Shown here: piece after piece, positions 47,084-56,407 of the stretch
Numbering within the stretch: the first letter of the stretch is position 1
Layout of the letters: every line of letters starts with the position of its first letter
NCBI GenBank assembly: GCA_964513845.1
Contig: CAZENT010000001.1
Location: 149,278 to 213,277, forward strand
Length of the DNA: 64,000 nucleotides
Source: an uncultured Pseudomonadales bacterium
GTDB taxonomy: Bacteria > Patescibacteriota > Microgenomatia > UBA1400 > MFAQ01
Direction of reading: 5' to 3'
Notes under the pieces: generated by a model
What the model saw: the letters and a program-made list of their open reading frames with translations, nothing else
Told to the model about the DNA's origin: nothing
The model's database searches: none
Program-made: the position numbers and the translations under genes

Positions 47084-49729
47084 TTACTGCCTGTTTTGAT
47101 CAAGAGTGAAGCCAAACACTGAGGTGTGAGGTGGAAGAGAAATTTTCATGGTAGACGGTTCTGCGACGAATGGTGAGGTGACGATAGTTGGGCGTAAATT
47201 TTCCGGATAGAATATTTTTAGATTAATACCTGGGTCGACAGTTCCCGGTTGACGATATTCGGTAATCGAGTATGAGAAAGGAGTAACTAAGGAGGATAAA
47301 GAGGAGGTACTGGCTTTTATAGATACCAGTGAGTCTTGATTAGTTGCAAGTACGAGAGGAATTTTATAATGGTCAAGTGTTCCTTCAGCTATTTTGGTAA
47401 CGTCTTTGGTTGATGCCGGCAGGTCATTAATTAACACCTTGTTTAGGGTTGATGGAGAGGAAAGATATATGTGATAGTTTATTGAAATAGAAGCAGATTC
47501 CACATCAGTATTTTTAGCTTTGTATTCTAATTGATACTCGTGTTGAATAGATGATGAATTAAGATTGATCGAGTGGTTTATGGTGCGATTAGACCAAGGA
47601 TATTGTCTGGAAGGATTCGTGTAAGACTCACTCAGATAGGTTGTTTCAGAAAGACAGGCGTTCGTGGAGTCAATTCCGGCACTACAAGGATGAGTAAGTA
47701 AGACTCCAGAGTATGACTGAGTAGAAATTACTCTTTCGATATTTGGATCAGATGACCATATTAGTACTTGATTGTCCCCTATCGTTTTGGCAATTGACCG
47801 ACCAATTACCGGTAAAGACAAATCGTGTTTAAACAATCTATCAAGATATTGATCAAACGCTTTCTTGTACTCAGATGAACCGGATGCCTCCAGATAGTTT
47901 GCTTTGTACTGTTCAACACTTGTTGAGTTTTCTTCGAGAAGTAGCTGTTCTATCAGTAGATTGTTGGTGGCAATGACAAAGTCCGGTTTTATCTTTAGTG
48001 CCTTCTCTATGTATTGAGATAAATTGTTTGACAGTTGAGCATAATCCGGATTTTGAACAATTTCATTAATTAATATCGGAGTTGTTGGTGCAACGGCGAA
48101 TCTTTTCAATTTTATCGGTTGAACAGTGTTTTTTTGATTAAGTGAGTCTATTTCTGAGCCCGAATAGTATTTTTTTGATATTAAGTTTCCCTGATCGAGT
48201 GTAAGGAGTAAATAGTAATCAACGCTTCCACCACTTGGCTGAAGCGAATGGCTGTTTTGGAGAAGAATCAAAAGATTTTTTACTCCCTTTTCTGAAAACA
48301 CTGCGGGAATAATATCGGTAACCTTGATGTATTGAGCAATCTGTTCTTCGAGTGTATCTAAATTTTTAAACTCTGGATTATTTTTAATTTTTTTCTCTAT
48401 AAACTCAGGAAGCTTTCCTCCACTGCTTAAGAATGATATTTGATTTAAATTTTCATATATCTGACTTAAGTTTGAATGTAAGGCAAGGCTTAGATCGCCA
48501 TATTTTATGTTTGCGTTAGGATTATTGAGCGACAAGAGGAAGTTTTCTGACATGACATAAGTCTGGTGTAAATTACCCAAACTCGTTGAGGTGTAGCTAA
48601 TGAACGAGTAAAGATTGAATATTTTTTCTGTGTATTTTGAAGATATTATATTTGAAACTGGAGTTAAATAGACAAAAACAGAGTCCCCTATTTCTTTAGC
48701 TTTATTGGAGTTATTTAGAGACTCGACTGATAGCTGAAGATTGCCTTTTAGAGCTTGGTTCATCGAAGTTTCTAGCTTGATAAGAGCGAGCGCTGTGGCG
48801 ATGACGAACACACAAATCAGCACAAAATAAATCGCAACGATTGAAATAATTATCTTTTTGATTATTTTGCCTAGTGTGGGCAGCTTTGATTCTTTTTTGG
48901 GCTTAGGTTTATAAATCCAAAGCAGCAAGCGATGCAAAATATTTAATTTTTGATGTTTGATCTCTGGAGTTGTGGGGTTGTCTGAGTACAAACTAACAAT
49001 ATTCTTAAGATCGGCAACAAGTTCGCTTTCGGGGTTCCAGTTAAGTTCTCCTCTTGATTTATTTCCCGCTGAGAGAAGAGAGTTCGCTTTTAGATTATCA
49101 TCTTCAATCGCATTAATCTCTGGCTCGTTCTGGTTTTGGCCTGAAATATACTTTTTTAGTAAATATGATAGTTCAAGATCGTGAATAGCATCGCCTAGAA
49201 TCCAAAAACTTTTTCCTGAGGTGTTCGCCAGGAACAATGTTTTCATGAGTGCATTGTTGAAATCGATAAATGAAACTGGAAAGTATAGATTTTCTCCTTT
49301 GCGAGAAATATTTATCTTTTCTGTGGTGATGGCGATGTGAAGGTATTCATCTAAAGGGGTGGCGGGTTTTGAGGTAAAACCTTGATACACATCTCGAGTA
49401 AAGACAATCCTATGGAGGGGATTGCTTTTACCCAAATCCTCAAGCATTTTTTGAAAGTAATGATTTTTTTCAATATCTATCTGATTTGTGTGAAGAAGAA
49501 CAACCACAAGTTTGCAGTCGTTTTCACGACATTTTCCATAAGTTTCAATTAAATTTTGACTTATGAAATTTAGCTCCTTGTTTAGGTCGATAAAAAATAT
49601 TTGATAGGGAGCGTGGTCGTGTTTTTTGTCAACAAATTTTATTTCCGGATGTTCTATATGAGTCTGAAAAATTGACTCAATCTCCGGATTGTTACTACTG
49701 ATGGCAACTAAGACTTCTCCCTTGGACAT
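47084..49729 (-). CDS. DUF4012-like membrane-anchored protein with a degenerate epimerase-like N-terminus
   Basis: Single TM; 'LILLQNSHSLQPSGG' resembles the DUF4012 motif; C-terminal 'YRQPG'. Confidence 0.6.
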   Translation of the reverse strand: MSKGEVLVAISSNNPEIESIFQTHIEHPEIKFVDKKHDHAPYQIFFIDLNKELNFISQNLIETYGKCRENDCKLVVVLLHTNQIDIEKNHYFQKMLEDLGKSNPLHRIVFTRDVYQGFTSKPATPLDEYLHIAITTEKINISRKGENLYFPVSFIDFNNALMKTLFLANTSGKSFWILGDAIHDLELSYLLKKYISGQNQNEPEINAIEDDNLKANSLLSAGNKSRGELNWNPESELVADLKNIVSLYSDNPTTPEIKHQKLNILHRLLLWIYKPKPKKESKLPTLGKIIKKIIISIVAIYFVLICVFVIATALALIKLETSMNQALKGNLQLSVESLNNSNKAKEIGDSVFVYLTPVSNIISSKYTEKIFNLYSFISYTSTSLGNLHQTYVMSENFLLSLNNPNANIKYGDLSLALHSNLSQIYENLNQISFLSSGGKLPEFIEKKIKNNPEFKNLDTLEEQIAQYIKVTDIIPAVFSEKGVKNLLILLQNSHSLQPSGGSVDYYLLLTLDQGNLISKKYYSGSEIDSLNQKNTVQPIKLKRFAVAPTTPILINEIVQNPDYAQLSNNLSQYIEKALKIKPDFVIATNNLLIEQLLLEENSTSVEQYKANYLEASGSSEYKKAFDQYLDRLFKHDLSLPVIGRSIAKTIGDNQVLIWSSDPNIERVISTQSYSGVLLTHPCSAGIDSTNACLSETTYLSESYTNPSRQYPWSNRTINHSINLNSSSIQHEYQLEYKAKNTDVESASISINYHIYLSSPSTLNKVLINDLPASTKDVTKIAEGTLDHYKIPLVLATNQDSLVSIKASTSSLSSLVTPFSYSITEYRQPGTVDPGINLKIFYPENLRPTIVTSPFVAEPSTMKISLPPHTSVFGFTLDQNRQ

Positions 49730-49898
49730 TGATTTAAGTATAAACGAAGTCTGTTCATGTGTTTTATTCTGTTTTTTCAGTATCTACATATTTTAGTTTT
49801 TTTCTTATGCCTATTTTTATTTATTCCCATGCCTAGTAAATAGTTTTTTCTGTATATACTTTTCACACATGAAAATCTAAGCACGCGCACTGCTAAAG

Positions 49899-49907
49899 TT
49901 ATCCACA
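49899..49907. promoter_or_regulatory. Perfect DnaA box
   Basis: TTATCCACA in an AT-rich intergenic region. Confidence 0.5.
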
Positions 49908-49920
49908 CGCTTTTTCTCAT

Positions 49921-49947
49921 AAAAAAACCCTCTTTCGAGGGTTTTTA
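49921..49947 (-). terminator. Intrinsic terminator after the RNase H gene
   Basis: AAAAAAACCCTC-TTTC-GAGGGTTTTT. Confidence 0.8.
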
Positions 49948-49964
49948 AATATCTCCGGCTAACT

Positions 49965-50396
49965 TTATTTGTCTAGGGCTTCGTTTACCAGACAGTCTGC
50001 CTTCTTGTTTAGTTCTCTGGGGACGGTGATAAATGTCATTAACTCTACTTGTTCTTTTTCACGTAACTCTTTGACCAAATCCACCACCTGTTGACGAAGT
50101 ATTTTGAGATGGGGTAGTTTTACTTTGTATTTGCCAAGAATTTGTCTGACAATTAATTCTGAGTCCAAAATGTATTTAAGTTTTTGGGTATATATTTTTT
50201 TCTCAAGCAATACCTCTAAACTTCTAATTACGGCGGTGTATTCGGCGACGTTATTGGTGGTTTCACCAATGGTTTCTGAAATGGTAAATACTTTTTTACC
50301 GTTGGATGCGGCATACACACCAATGCCGGCTGGCCCAGGATTTCCACGCGACCCACCATCGGTATTTATTTCTAGAAGTTCATATTTTTCTTGCAT
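49965..50396 (-). CDS. rnhA: Ribonuclease HI family protein
   Basis: 'TDGGSRGNPGPAG', 'TNNVAEY', 'DSELI', 'PRELNKKAD'. Confidence 0.92.
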   Translation of the reverse strand: MQEKYELLEINTDGGSRGNPGPAGIGVYAASNGKKVFTISETIGETTNNVAEYTAVIRSLEVLLEKKIYTQKLKYILDSELIVRQILGKYKVKLPHLKILRQQVVDLVKELREKEQVELMTFITVPRELNKKADCLVNEALDK

Positions 50397-50405
50397 GTAG
50401 GTATT

Positions 50406-51548
50406 TTAGACCATAATCGCAAGAGCGAAAAGGAAAATGAGTTTGTTTTGAGGTAAAGTCCAGGAATAATGATCAAGTGTTCCCGTAAATAGAAGAATGG
50501 CTATCAATCCTAGAACTAGGGGATTGGAAATCACTTTCAATACTTTTTGTTTAAATAGTGAGATGAAAAATATCAGAGTTCCCAATATTCCCATTTCTGA
50601 AAGATATAGATAGAACAGGTTGTGAATTGGTTGTAGTTTTGAGGGGGTTAAGAATGATCCGGGTAAGATTGATCCGAGAGCTGGTATATAGTTGCCATAA
50701 CCATTTCCGACGAGAGGATTGTGCAATATTATCCTTTTGAGATAGGAAAAATAGAATAGACGATCTGATACTGATTGGATAGTGATTGCCGTATTCTGAA
50801 GAAATGGTTGAGCAATGGATAAGAATATTGACAAATAGATAATTATTTCTGGTTTGAGATTATAGATAATGAAAGCGAGCGCAAAAATTGAAGTTTTAGA
50901 AAACGATAGGAGAATGCCTAAGAACGGAACAATCTTTTGCCATGGCTTGGATGCTTTTCGCGAAAATAGATAAAAAACAATTAATAGATATCCGGCGAGA
51001 GAGTTGGCGTGCGAAAAGGTGGCAATCGGACGAAGAATCTCAAGACCAAGTAGGTTGAGGCGACCAATTCCTGGAGTACTGGTAGAGAAAGCTCTTTCGC
51101 CAAGTAGATAAAATAGACCACCAATTGATGATTGAGATATTAATTGCAGTACTTCCAAAAATACAATTCCGACTGTACTAAGAAACAGGGGAGTACGAAT
51201 ATCAGACCATTTGATTTTTTGAAGTCTTAAGGTGATATACACAAAGAGATAAAGAATCAGACGAAGCCACCAAAATATCGAGTTTAGCGGTGAAACCGAA
51301 AAGGCGATGTTTAGAAGAATGAAGAATATAAACAGACCAAGGTTAAAAAGATTTTTTCGAAGATAACTTGCAATTGATTTGAGATTTAACAAAACTAAAA
51401 TTATCAGAAGAATGTCTAAAAAGTATATGGTGGGGGAGAGGTAATCGATTTTGATACCGGCAACACGAGAAAAGGTTGGCCAAAAATGCAGACCCAGTTG
51501 AGTGGGCAAAATAAAAACAATAATCTTAATTAAGAAGTTGCTTAGCAC
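50406..51548 (-). CDS. O-antigen ligase-like membrane protein
   Basis: 'RPIATFSHAN', 'GNGYGNY', 'QPIHN', 'DHY'. Confidence 0.8.
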   Translation of the reverse strand: MLSNFLIKIIVFILPTQLGLHFWPTFSRVAGIKIDYLSPTIYFLDILLIILVLLNLKSIASYLRKNLFNLGLFIFFILLNIAFSVSPLNSIFWWLRLILYLFVYITLRLQKIKWSDIRTPLFLSTVGIVFLEVLQLISQSSIGGLFYLLGERAFSTSTPGIGRLNLLGLEILRPIATFSHANSLAGYLLIVFYLFSRKASKPWQKIVPFLGILLSFSKTSIFALAFIIYNLKPEIIIYLSIFLSIAQPFLQNTAITIQSVSDRLFYFSYLKRIILHNPLVGNGYGNYIPALGSILPGSFLTPSKLQPIHNLFYLYLSEMGILGTLIFFISLFKQKVLKVISNPLVLGLIAILLFTGTLDHYSWTLPQNKLIFLFALAIMV

Positions 51549-51590
51549 TGCCCCGATTGTACAGGATAACGATATGAGGATAATCTATAT

Positions 51591-51616
51591 AGATCCCCGC
51601 TTTCGCGAGGATGACA
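51591..51616. repeat. REP-like palindrome AGATCCCCGCTTTCGCGAGGATGACA
   Basis: Same AGAT...ATGAC ends as other copies; just downstream of the jag stop. Confidence 0.7.
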
Positions 51617-51618
51617 TT

Positions 51619-52077
51619 TTATTCTGTGGGAACAATGACCATCTGACGGAAAGGCGCTTCTCCACGAGACTCGGTTTTGATTCCCGGGAATTCTGAAAGG
51701 AACATATGGATGATGCGACGTTCGTAAGAGCTAAGATTGGGGAGAATGATTTCTTTTTGAAGACTGACAGCTCTTTCGGCAGCGTCTTGGGCTAGCTCTT
51801 TGAGAGTTTCTTCACGGCGCTCTTGATAGTCATTTACATTGAGATGAAGTTTGGGCCAAACACCAAATCGCTGGAAAATAATGAGAGAAAAAATCATACG
51901 AAGCGCGGACAATCCTTCACCGTGATGACCAACAAAGACTCCAGCTGACTCCTGAGGAAGAGAAAGAGAGATGTTGACGTTTTCGTCATCGGCCAGGTCG
52001 ATCTTAATTTGATCTTCATCAAGAGCAAGTTGAGAAAGCACGTTGGACAAAATTTCTTTGATTTTTGACTGATCCAT
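51619..52077 (-). CDS. jag: Jag/EloR (KhpB) KH and R3H RNA-binding protein
   Basis: 'VGHHGEGLSAL', 'NDY', 'ERRIIH', 'ESRGE..FR'; downstream of yidC. Confidence 0.88.
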   Translation of the reverse strand: MDQSKIKEILSNVLSQLALDEDQIKIDLADDENVNISLSLPQESAGVFVGHHGEGLSALRMIFSLIIFQRFGVWPKLHLNVNDYQERREETLKELAQDAAERAVSLQKEIILPNLSSYERRIIHMFLSEFPGIKTESRGEAPFRQMVIVPTE

Positions 52078-52105
52078 TTTATTTTTTAATTGATATACAA
52101 ATTTA

Positions 52106-52858
52106 TTATTTTCCGGTCACACGAGTGACAAAAAGACGAGCTTTTTTGTAAGCCGGAATAAGACCACCCCAACCGGAGAAGAAGTATTGCTGAACGAGAG
52201 AGAAGACAGTAGAAATTACCCAGAAAAGAACAAGGCCAGATTGAAAGTTGAGGGAGATAATGACCGTCATGAGAGGCATCATGTAGATCATTTGCTGCTG
52301 CATACTGGAAGCCATTTCGAGGCTGTTTTCTTCTTTTTTCTTTTCTTCTTTCTTTTTGGGATTTTTTACTTCAGACACAATGCCTGATTGCATCATAAGA
52401 GAGAAAACGAGCTGAGAAACACCAGCGAGAATGGGCATGATGTAGGTTCGGTCTGGTTTGGTGAGATCGAGATACAGGAAATAGGGGTTCATGTTGGTTC
52501 CACCAACTGATGATTGCCCGAGGAAAAACATAAACACCTGGTAGAGAGAGATGAGGATGATGATTTGAAAAATTTGAGGAAGACAACCGGCGGCAGGATT
52601 AATACCTTTTTCTTTGTAGAGTGCGATCTGGGCTTGTTGAAGTGCAGTTTTGTCGGTGTGTTTGGCTTTAAGTCTGTCTAGCTCTGGTTTGAGATCCTGC
52701 ATTTTTTTGGCAGAGCGAAGGGAGGGGATAACTAATGGAAGAAGAATTACTTTGGTGATAAGCGTGATGGCGATAATGGAAAGACCAAGGTTGCCACCAA
52801 AGAGTTGGTAGAAAAACAAGAGAGCTTGGTAAAGGATTCCGTTTATTGGTGCGAGCAT
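52106..52858 (-). CDS. yidC: Membrane protein insertase YidC
   Basis: 'LGLSII', 'LKPEL', 'NPAAGCLP', 'GLVLFW'; canonical rnpA-yidD-yidC-jag context. Confidence 0.93.
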   Translation of the reverse strand: MLAPINGILYQALLFFYQLFGGNLGLSIIAITLITKVILLPLVIPSLRSAKKMQDLKPELDRLKAKHTDKTALQQAQIALYKEKGINPAAGCLPQIFQIIILISLYQVFMFFLGQSSVGGTNMNPYFLYLDLTKPDRTYIMPILAGVSQLVFSLMMQSGIVSEVKNPKKKEEKKKEENSLEMASSMQQQMIYMMPLMTVIISLNFQSGLVLFWVISTVFSLVQQYFFSGWGGLIPAYKKARLFVTRVTGK

Positions 52859-52860
52859 AG

Positions 52861-53091
52861 TTATTTGATTTTATCAGGAACCGGGTCGTATCCACCTTTG
52901 AAGAGGGGGTTACATCTTAGGATTCTATTAAGTGACAGTTTTGTCCCCTGAATAATACCATATTGACGGTAAGCTTTCTTGGCATAGACAGAACAAGTGG
53001 GAGAAAAACGGCAAGCAAAGGAGGAACCAAAGAATGATCTGCCGATGGCATGGTAAAGAGGAGAGAGATATTTGTGATAAAAAGAAATCAT
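52861..53091 (-). CDS. yidD: Membrane protein insertion efficiency factor YidD
   Basis: 'CRFSPTCS.Y', 'RILRCNP...GGYDPVP'. Confidence 0.95.
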   Translation of the reverse strand: MISFYHKYLSPLYHAIGRSFFGSSFACRFSPTCSVYAKKAYRQYGIIQGTKLSLNRILRCNPLFKGGYDPVPDKIK

Positions 53092-53132
53092 GCAATAAGA
53101 TTATATCCTTGCTTGAAATATTGCTAAAAGAA

Positions 53133-53987
53133 CTAATTGGATAATTTTTTTTGATTACTGCTTGATTTGATTTTTCTAAGGAAATTTTGTGAGGTAACGA
53201 TACTTTTACCAATTTCTTTCTCTAATTTTTCTCGTGCTCCACCGGCGATTTTACCTCCCCGATGAGATATTTTTTTGTTTTCTTCAAAACCATGAGGGTG
53301 TTCTGTTTTGGTGATTTCTGTTGTCGAAGCTTCTCCCAACATCGAGAAGAGGAGTTCAAGATCTGTCATGTGATCTCGAAGGTTTTGTCTTTCCAGTCCC
53401 TTTATCTTTTTGTGTTCAGAGGGAGATATGCCAAAGGCTGCCTTGGAGATTTCTGCTGTCAGAATGGCGTAATCCAGTTGCTGTCTGACTCCATGGATTT
53501 GCCATTGTTCAGTTAGATCTTCACGAATAACTATAGATCGCATTCTTTTTTCGATCCAACCATCTGGATATCCCTTGGCTTTGTAGATAGCTCTGACTCT
53601 TTTTTGGGCAAGCTCCGGATCTTCAATTTCTTGAATTCTTTCATATCCCACCTTTGCTAACCAACGCTTGAATGGTTCTGCTTTGGGAGAGGGGATGGAC
53701 TGAATAATACGAAAAACGCTCTCTGTGTTTGCACAGTCTGTATCGTATTTTTTTCCATCTGATGACGCTAATTTCAGTTGTCTACAAATTGTAGACAACT
53801 CAACTCCATCGCTTGACTTAACCCTAGTTTTCATGGCGTTCCAATACACCCTTGGTTTTTTACTATTCGTTAACGCCTCGATAACATCAACAACTGAAAA
53901 CCACCATTCGTTTTTGAAGATGATTTTTCTAATCTCCTTTTTTTGGAAAATCGCTATCCTTGTTAACTCCTCAAATTTGTTGGACAT
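53133..53987 (-). CDS. Bro-N domain protein (phage antirepressor / DinD-like)
   Basis: 'WWFSVVDV', 'QLKL.SSDGKKY.TD', 'IPSPKAEPFKRWLA', 'LRDHMTDLEL'. Confidence 0.85.
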   Translation of the reverse strand: MSNKFEELTRIAIFQKKEIRKIIFKNEWWFSVVDVIEALTNSKKPRVYWNAMKTRVKSSDGVELSTICRQLKLASSDGKKYDTDCANTESVFRIIQSIPSPKAEPFKRWLAKVGYERIQEIEDPELAQKRVRAIYKAKGYPDGWIEKRMRSIVIREDLTEQWQIHGVRQQLDYAILTAEISKAAFGISPSEHKKIKGLERQNLRDHMTDLELLFSMLGEASTTEITKTEHPHGFEENKKISHRGGKIAGGAREKLEKEIGKSIVTSQNFLRKIKSSSNQKKLSN

Positions 53988-54018
53988 AATAACAATTTAA
54001 TCCAAACAATACCCGAAG

Positions 54019-54360
54019 TCAAGAGGATTTTAGAAGGTTGGAAAGGTCTTTTTTAAGAATTTGAAAATCGGTTTCATGAACCTGGCGTTTGGGAACGATG
54101 AGATAGTCTTTTGGAGGAATAGATGAGAGAGTATTTTCTATGATGGCAGAAGTGACTCTTTTTATCTTATTGCGATCAACGGCAAGGGAGGCAGTTTTTT
54201 TGGAGAGAAGGATGGCCAGACGAGGAGATTGAGCTTTTTTATCTTCGGGAGTTTCGGCAACTACAAGAGTAAAGAATTTGCCAAAGACGGTTTTACCGGT
54301 TTGGTTTAAACGTTCTCTATCGAAACGGAGTGATAAACGATGACTCTTTGGTAGAGCCAT
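54019..54360 (-). CDS. rnpA: Ribonuclease P protein component
   Basis: 'LPKSHRL', 'SKK....AVDRNKIKR'; follows rpmH. Confidence 0.88.
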   Translation of the reverse strand: MALPKSHRLSLRFDRERLNQTGKTVFGKFFTLVVAETPEDKKAQSPRLAILLSKKTASLAVDRNKIKRVTSAIIENTLSSIPPKDYLIVPKRQVHETDFQILKKDLSNLLKSS

Positions 54361-54363
54361 AGA

Positions 54364-54501
54364 TTAAACGGATAATTTAGTCCTGCCTTTGGCGCGACGG
54401 CGTTTGATGACGTTGCGGCCATCATGGGAGGCCATTTTAATACGGAAACCGTGGGTACGGACGCGTTTGATTTTGTGTGGCTGGTAGACTCTTTTTGGCA
54501 T
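54364..54501 (-). CDS. rpmH: 50S ribosomal protein bL34 (45 aa, below ORF-track cutoff)
   Basis: [45 protein letters not shown]; divergent from dnaA. Confidence 0.97.
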   Translation of the reverse strand: MPKRVYQPHKIKRVRTHGFRIKMASHDGRNVIKRRRAKGRTKLSV

Positions 54502-54662
54502 GGTTTTATTTTATCATTGATGAGCGGAGCTTATTATACCGCATCTTTGTTGATTGCCACGATTAAAATGGATCTCTATGAGTATTGAAGAACATTCTGC
54601 GGAGATCGGGCATGAAGATACTTTGTGATGTCTTTTTGATGGGTATTTTGGGGGTTGTAGAT

Positions 54663-54671
54663 TGTGGATAA
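54663..54671. promoter_or_regulatory. DnaA box upstream of dnaA (autoregulation)
   Basis: TGTGGATAA. Confidence 0.8.
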
Positions 54672-54718
54672 CATGGTAAAACTGAACTACACCTGCCCGG
54701 TTATTAATATTTTACGTT

Positions 54719-56101
54719 ATGGAAATTGACGCCAGTCATCTGTGGCAAGCCGTTTGTGGAGACCTTTCCGTGTCGATGTCTCAGGCCGGTTTCAATGGAT
54801 TCGTAAAACCTTGTTTTATAAGGACGGTGACTCCTATTGATAACGAGAGAATTATCGTAGAGTTAGCGGCGCCGACAGCGTATCATGTGCGCACAATTGA
54901 CGAAAAATATTTTAGTTCAATCAAGCAGTCGATGGAGAAGATCTCACATAAAAAATGTGACGTGGCTTTAATCGTCGTTGAAGCAATAAAGGAGGAGAAA
55001 GAAACTAAAACTAGCGCAAGATCTGAAAAAGAAGAAGCAAATATGAATTTGTTTGCCTCACCAGAACCAGATAAACAAGCCGGCAATAACTTAAATCCAA
55101 GATATTTGTTTGAAAATTATGTTGTTGGTAGTTCAAATCGATTAGCTTTTGCGGCCGGAAAAGCGGTGGTGGATTTCCCCGGAACAAGACACAATCCTTT
55201 GTTTATCTATGGAGGAGTAGGAGTTGGTAAAACTCACTTAATGCACGCCGTGGGCCATGAACTGGTAAAAAAAGGGGTTGGGAAGGTGGTTTATGTAACC
55301 AGTGAGCAGTTTACTAATGACTTAGTATCATCACTTCGCTCAAAAATGACAGATGCTTTTAAAAAGAAGTATCGTCAAGTTGGCGCTTTGTTGATTGACG
55401 ATGTGCAGTTCTTTGGCGGCAAAGACTCAACTCAAGAAGAGTTCTTCCACACTTTTAACGAGCTAACAAATAAGTCGGCTCAAATTGTGATGACTTCCGA
55501 TAGAAAGCCTCAAGATATTGAAGGTTTAGAAGACAGATTAAAAAGTCGCTTTTTGGGAGGAATGGCGGTAGATATCGGTTTGCCCGATTATGAAATGAGA
55601 CTCGCTATCTTGCGCCAGAAAGCTCAAGAAATTAAAGTAGAAGTGGAAGATGGTGCTTATGAGTTGATGGCTAACAACTTCAACACTAATGCACGTGAAT
55701 TAGAAGGCACTTTTGTTAAATTGGCAGTCGGAGCAAGCTTGGAAAATGGAGTGCTCACAAAAGAAATGGTGCAACAAACAATGGGTTTGCCGGCTAACTT
55801 TGTGAAGGAGATAAAAGTCAGACCGATCAAAGTAGTTTCGACGGTAGCTAAGTATTTTGATTATAGAAACAAAGATCTTCTGGGGACAAGCAGAAAGGCC
55901 GATCTGGTGGTGGCTCGACATATTGCGATGTTTCTTTTGCGCGATACTTTGAATATCCAACTGGAAAAAGTGGGGGAGATTATGGGTGGAAGAGATCACA
56001 CGACTGTGATGCACGCAGTGGAAAAAATGAAGGATGAAGTGAGTAATAATGCCGATGTACGGCGTAAAATAACGGCTATAAAACAAGCGTTATACACTTA
56101 A
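54719..56101 (+). CDS. dnaA: Chromosomal replication initiator DnaA
   Basis: 'NPLFIYGGVGVGKTHL', 'LLIDDVQF', 'QEEFFHTFN', 'RL.SRF', 'GRDHTTVMHA'. Confidence 0.98.
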   Translation: MEIDASHLWQAVCGDLSVSMSQAGFNGFVKPCFIRTVTPIDNERIIVELAAPTAYHVRTIDEKYFSSIKQSMEKISHKKCDVALIVVEAIKEEKETKTSARSEKEEANMNLFASPEPDKQAGNNLNPRYLFENYVVGSSNRLAFAAGKAVVDFPGTRHNPLFIYGGVGVGKTHLMHAVGHELVKKGVGKVVYVTSEQFTNDLVSSLRSKMTDAFKKKYRQVGALLIDDVQFFGGKDSTQEEFFHTFNELTNKSAQIVMTSDRKPQDIEGLEDRLKSRFLGGMAVDIGLPDYEMRLAILRQKAQEIKVEVEDGAYELMANNFNTNARELEGTFVKLAVGASLENGVLTKEMVQQTMGLPANFVKEIKVRPIKVVSTVAKYFDYRNKDLLGTSRKADLVVARHIAMFLLRDTLNIQLEKVGEIMGGRDHTTVMHAVEKMKDEVSNNADVRRKITAIKQALYT

Positions 56102-56407
56102 ATATCCACATCTTATCCCCAGGACGTGGATAACTTTCGAAAAAGTGGATTAGTAGGGGGATAAGCACAAGGAGTGTTGATAAAGATACAAAGTTATCCA
56201 GAAAATTATCAACAGAAAATGTTAGTTGTTCTGAAAATAATAGTCACAACGGTTGAATAAATGATTAAAAAGTATGGATATAACAAACGAAGATAAATTA
56301 ACAACAAGAGTAATAGGCAAGAGCCACGCTTATAATCAACAAATCAACACGACCTATTACTATCATTACTATTTTTTAGATTAATATAATAATTAGAAGG
56401 AAATTCT
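56102..56407. other. Putative oriC: DnaA-box cluster plus basal unwinding element (tandem boxes, GC spacer, DnaA-trios)
   Basis: Near-consensus boxes ATATCCACA, TTATCCCCA, CGTGGATAA, GGGGGATAA, TGTTGATAA, TTATCCAGA, TTATCAACA; TAATCAACA-AATCAACA-CGAC-CTATTACTATCATTACTATT at 56333-56373 just upstream of dnaN. Confidence 0.85.
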
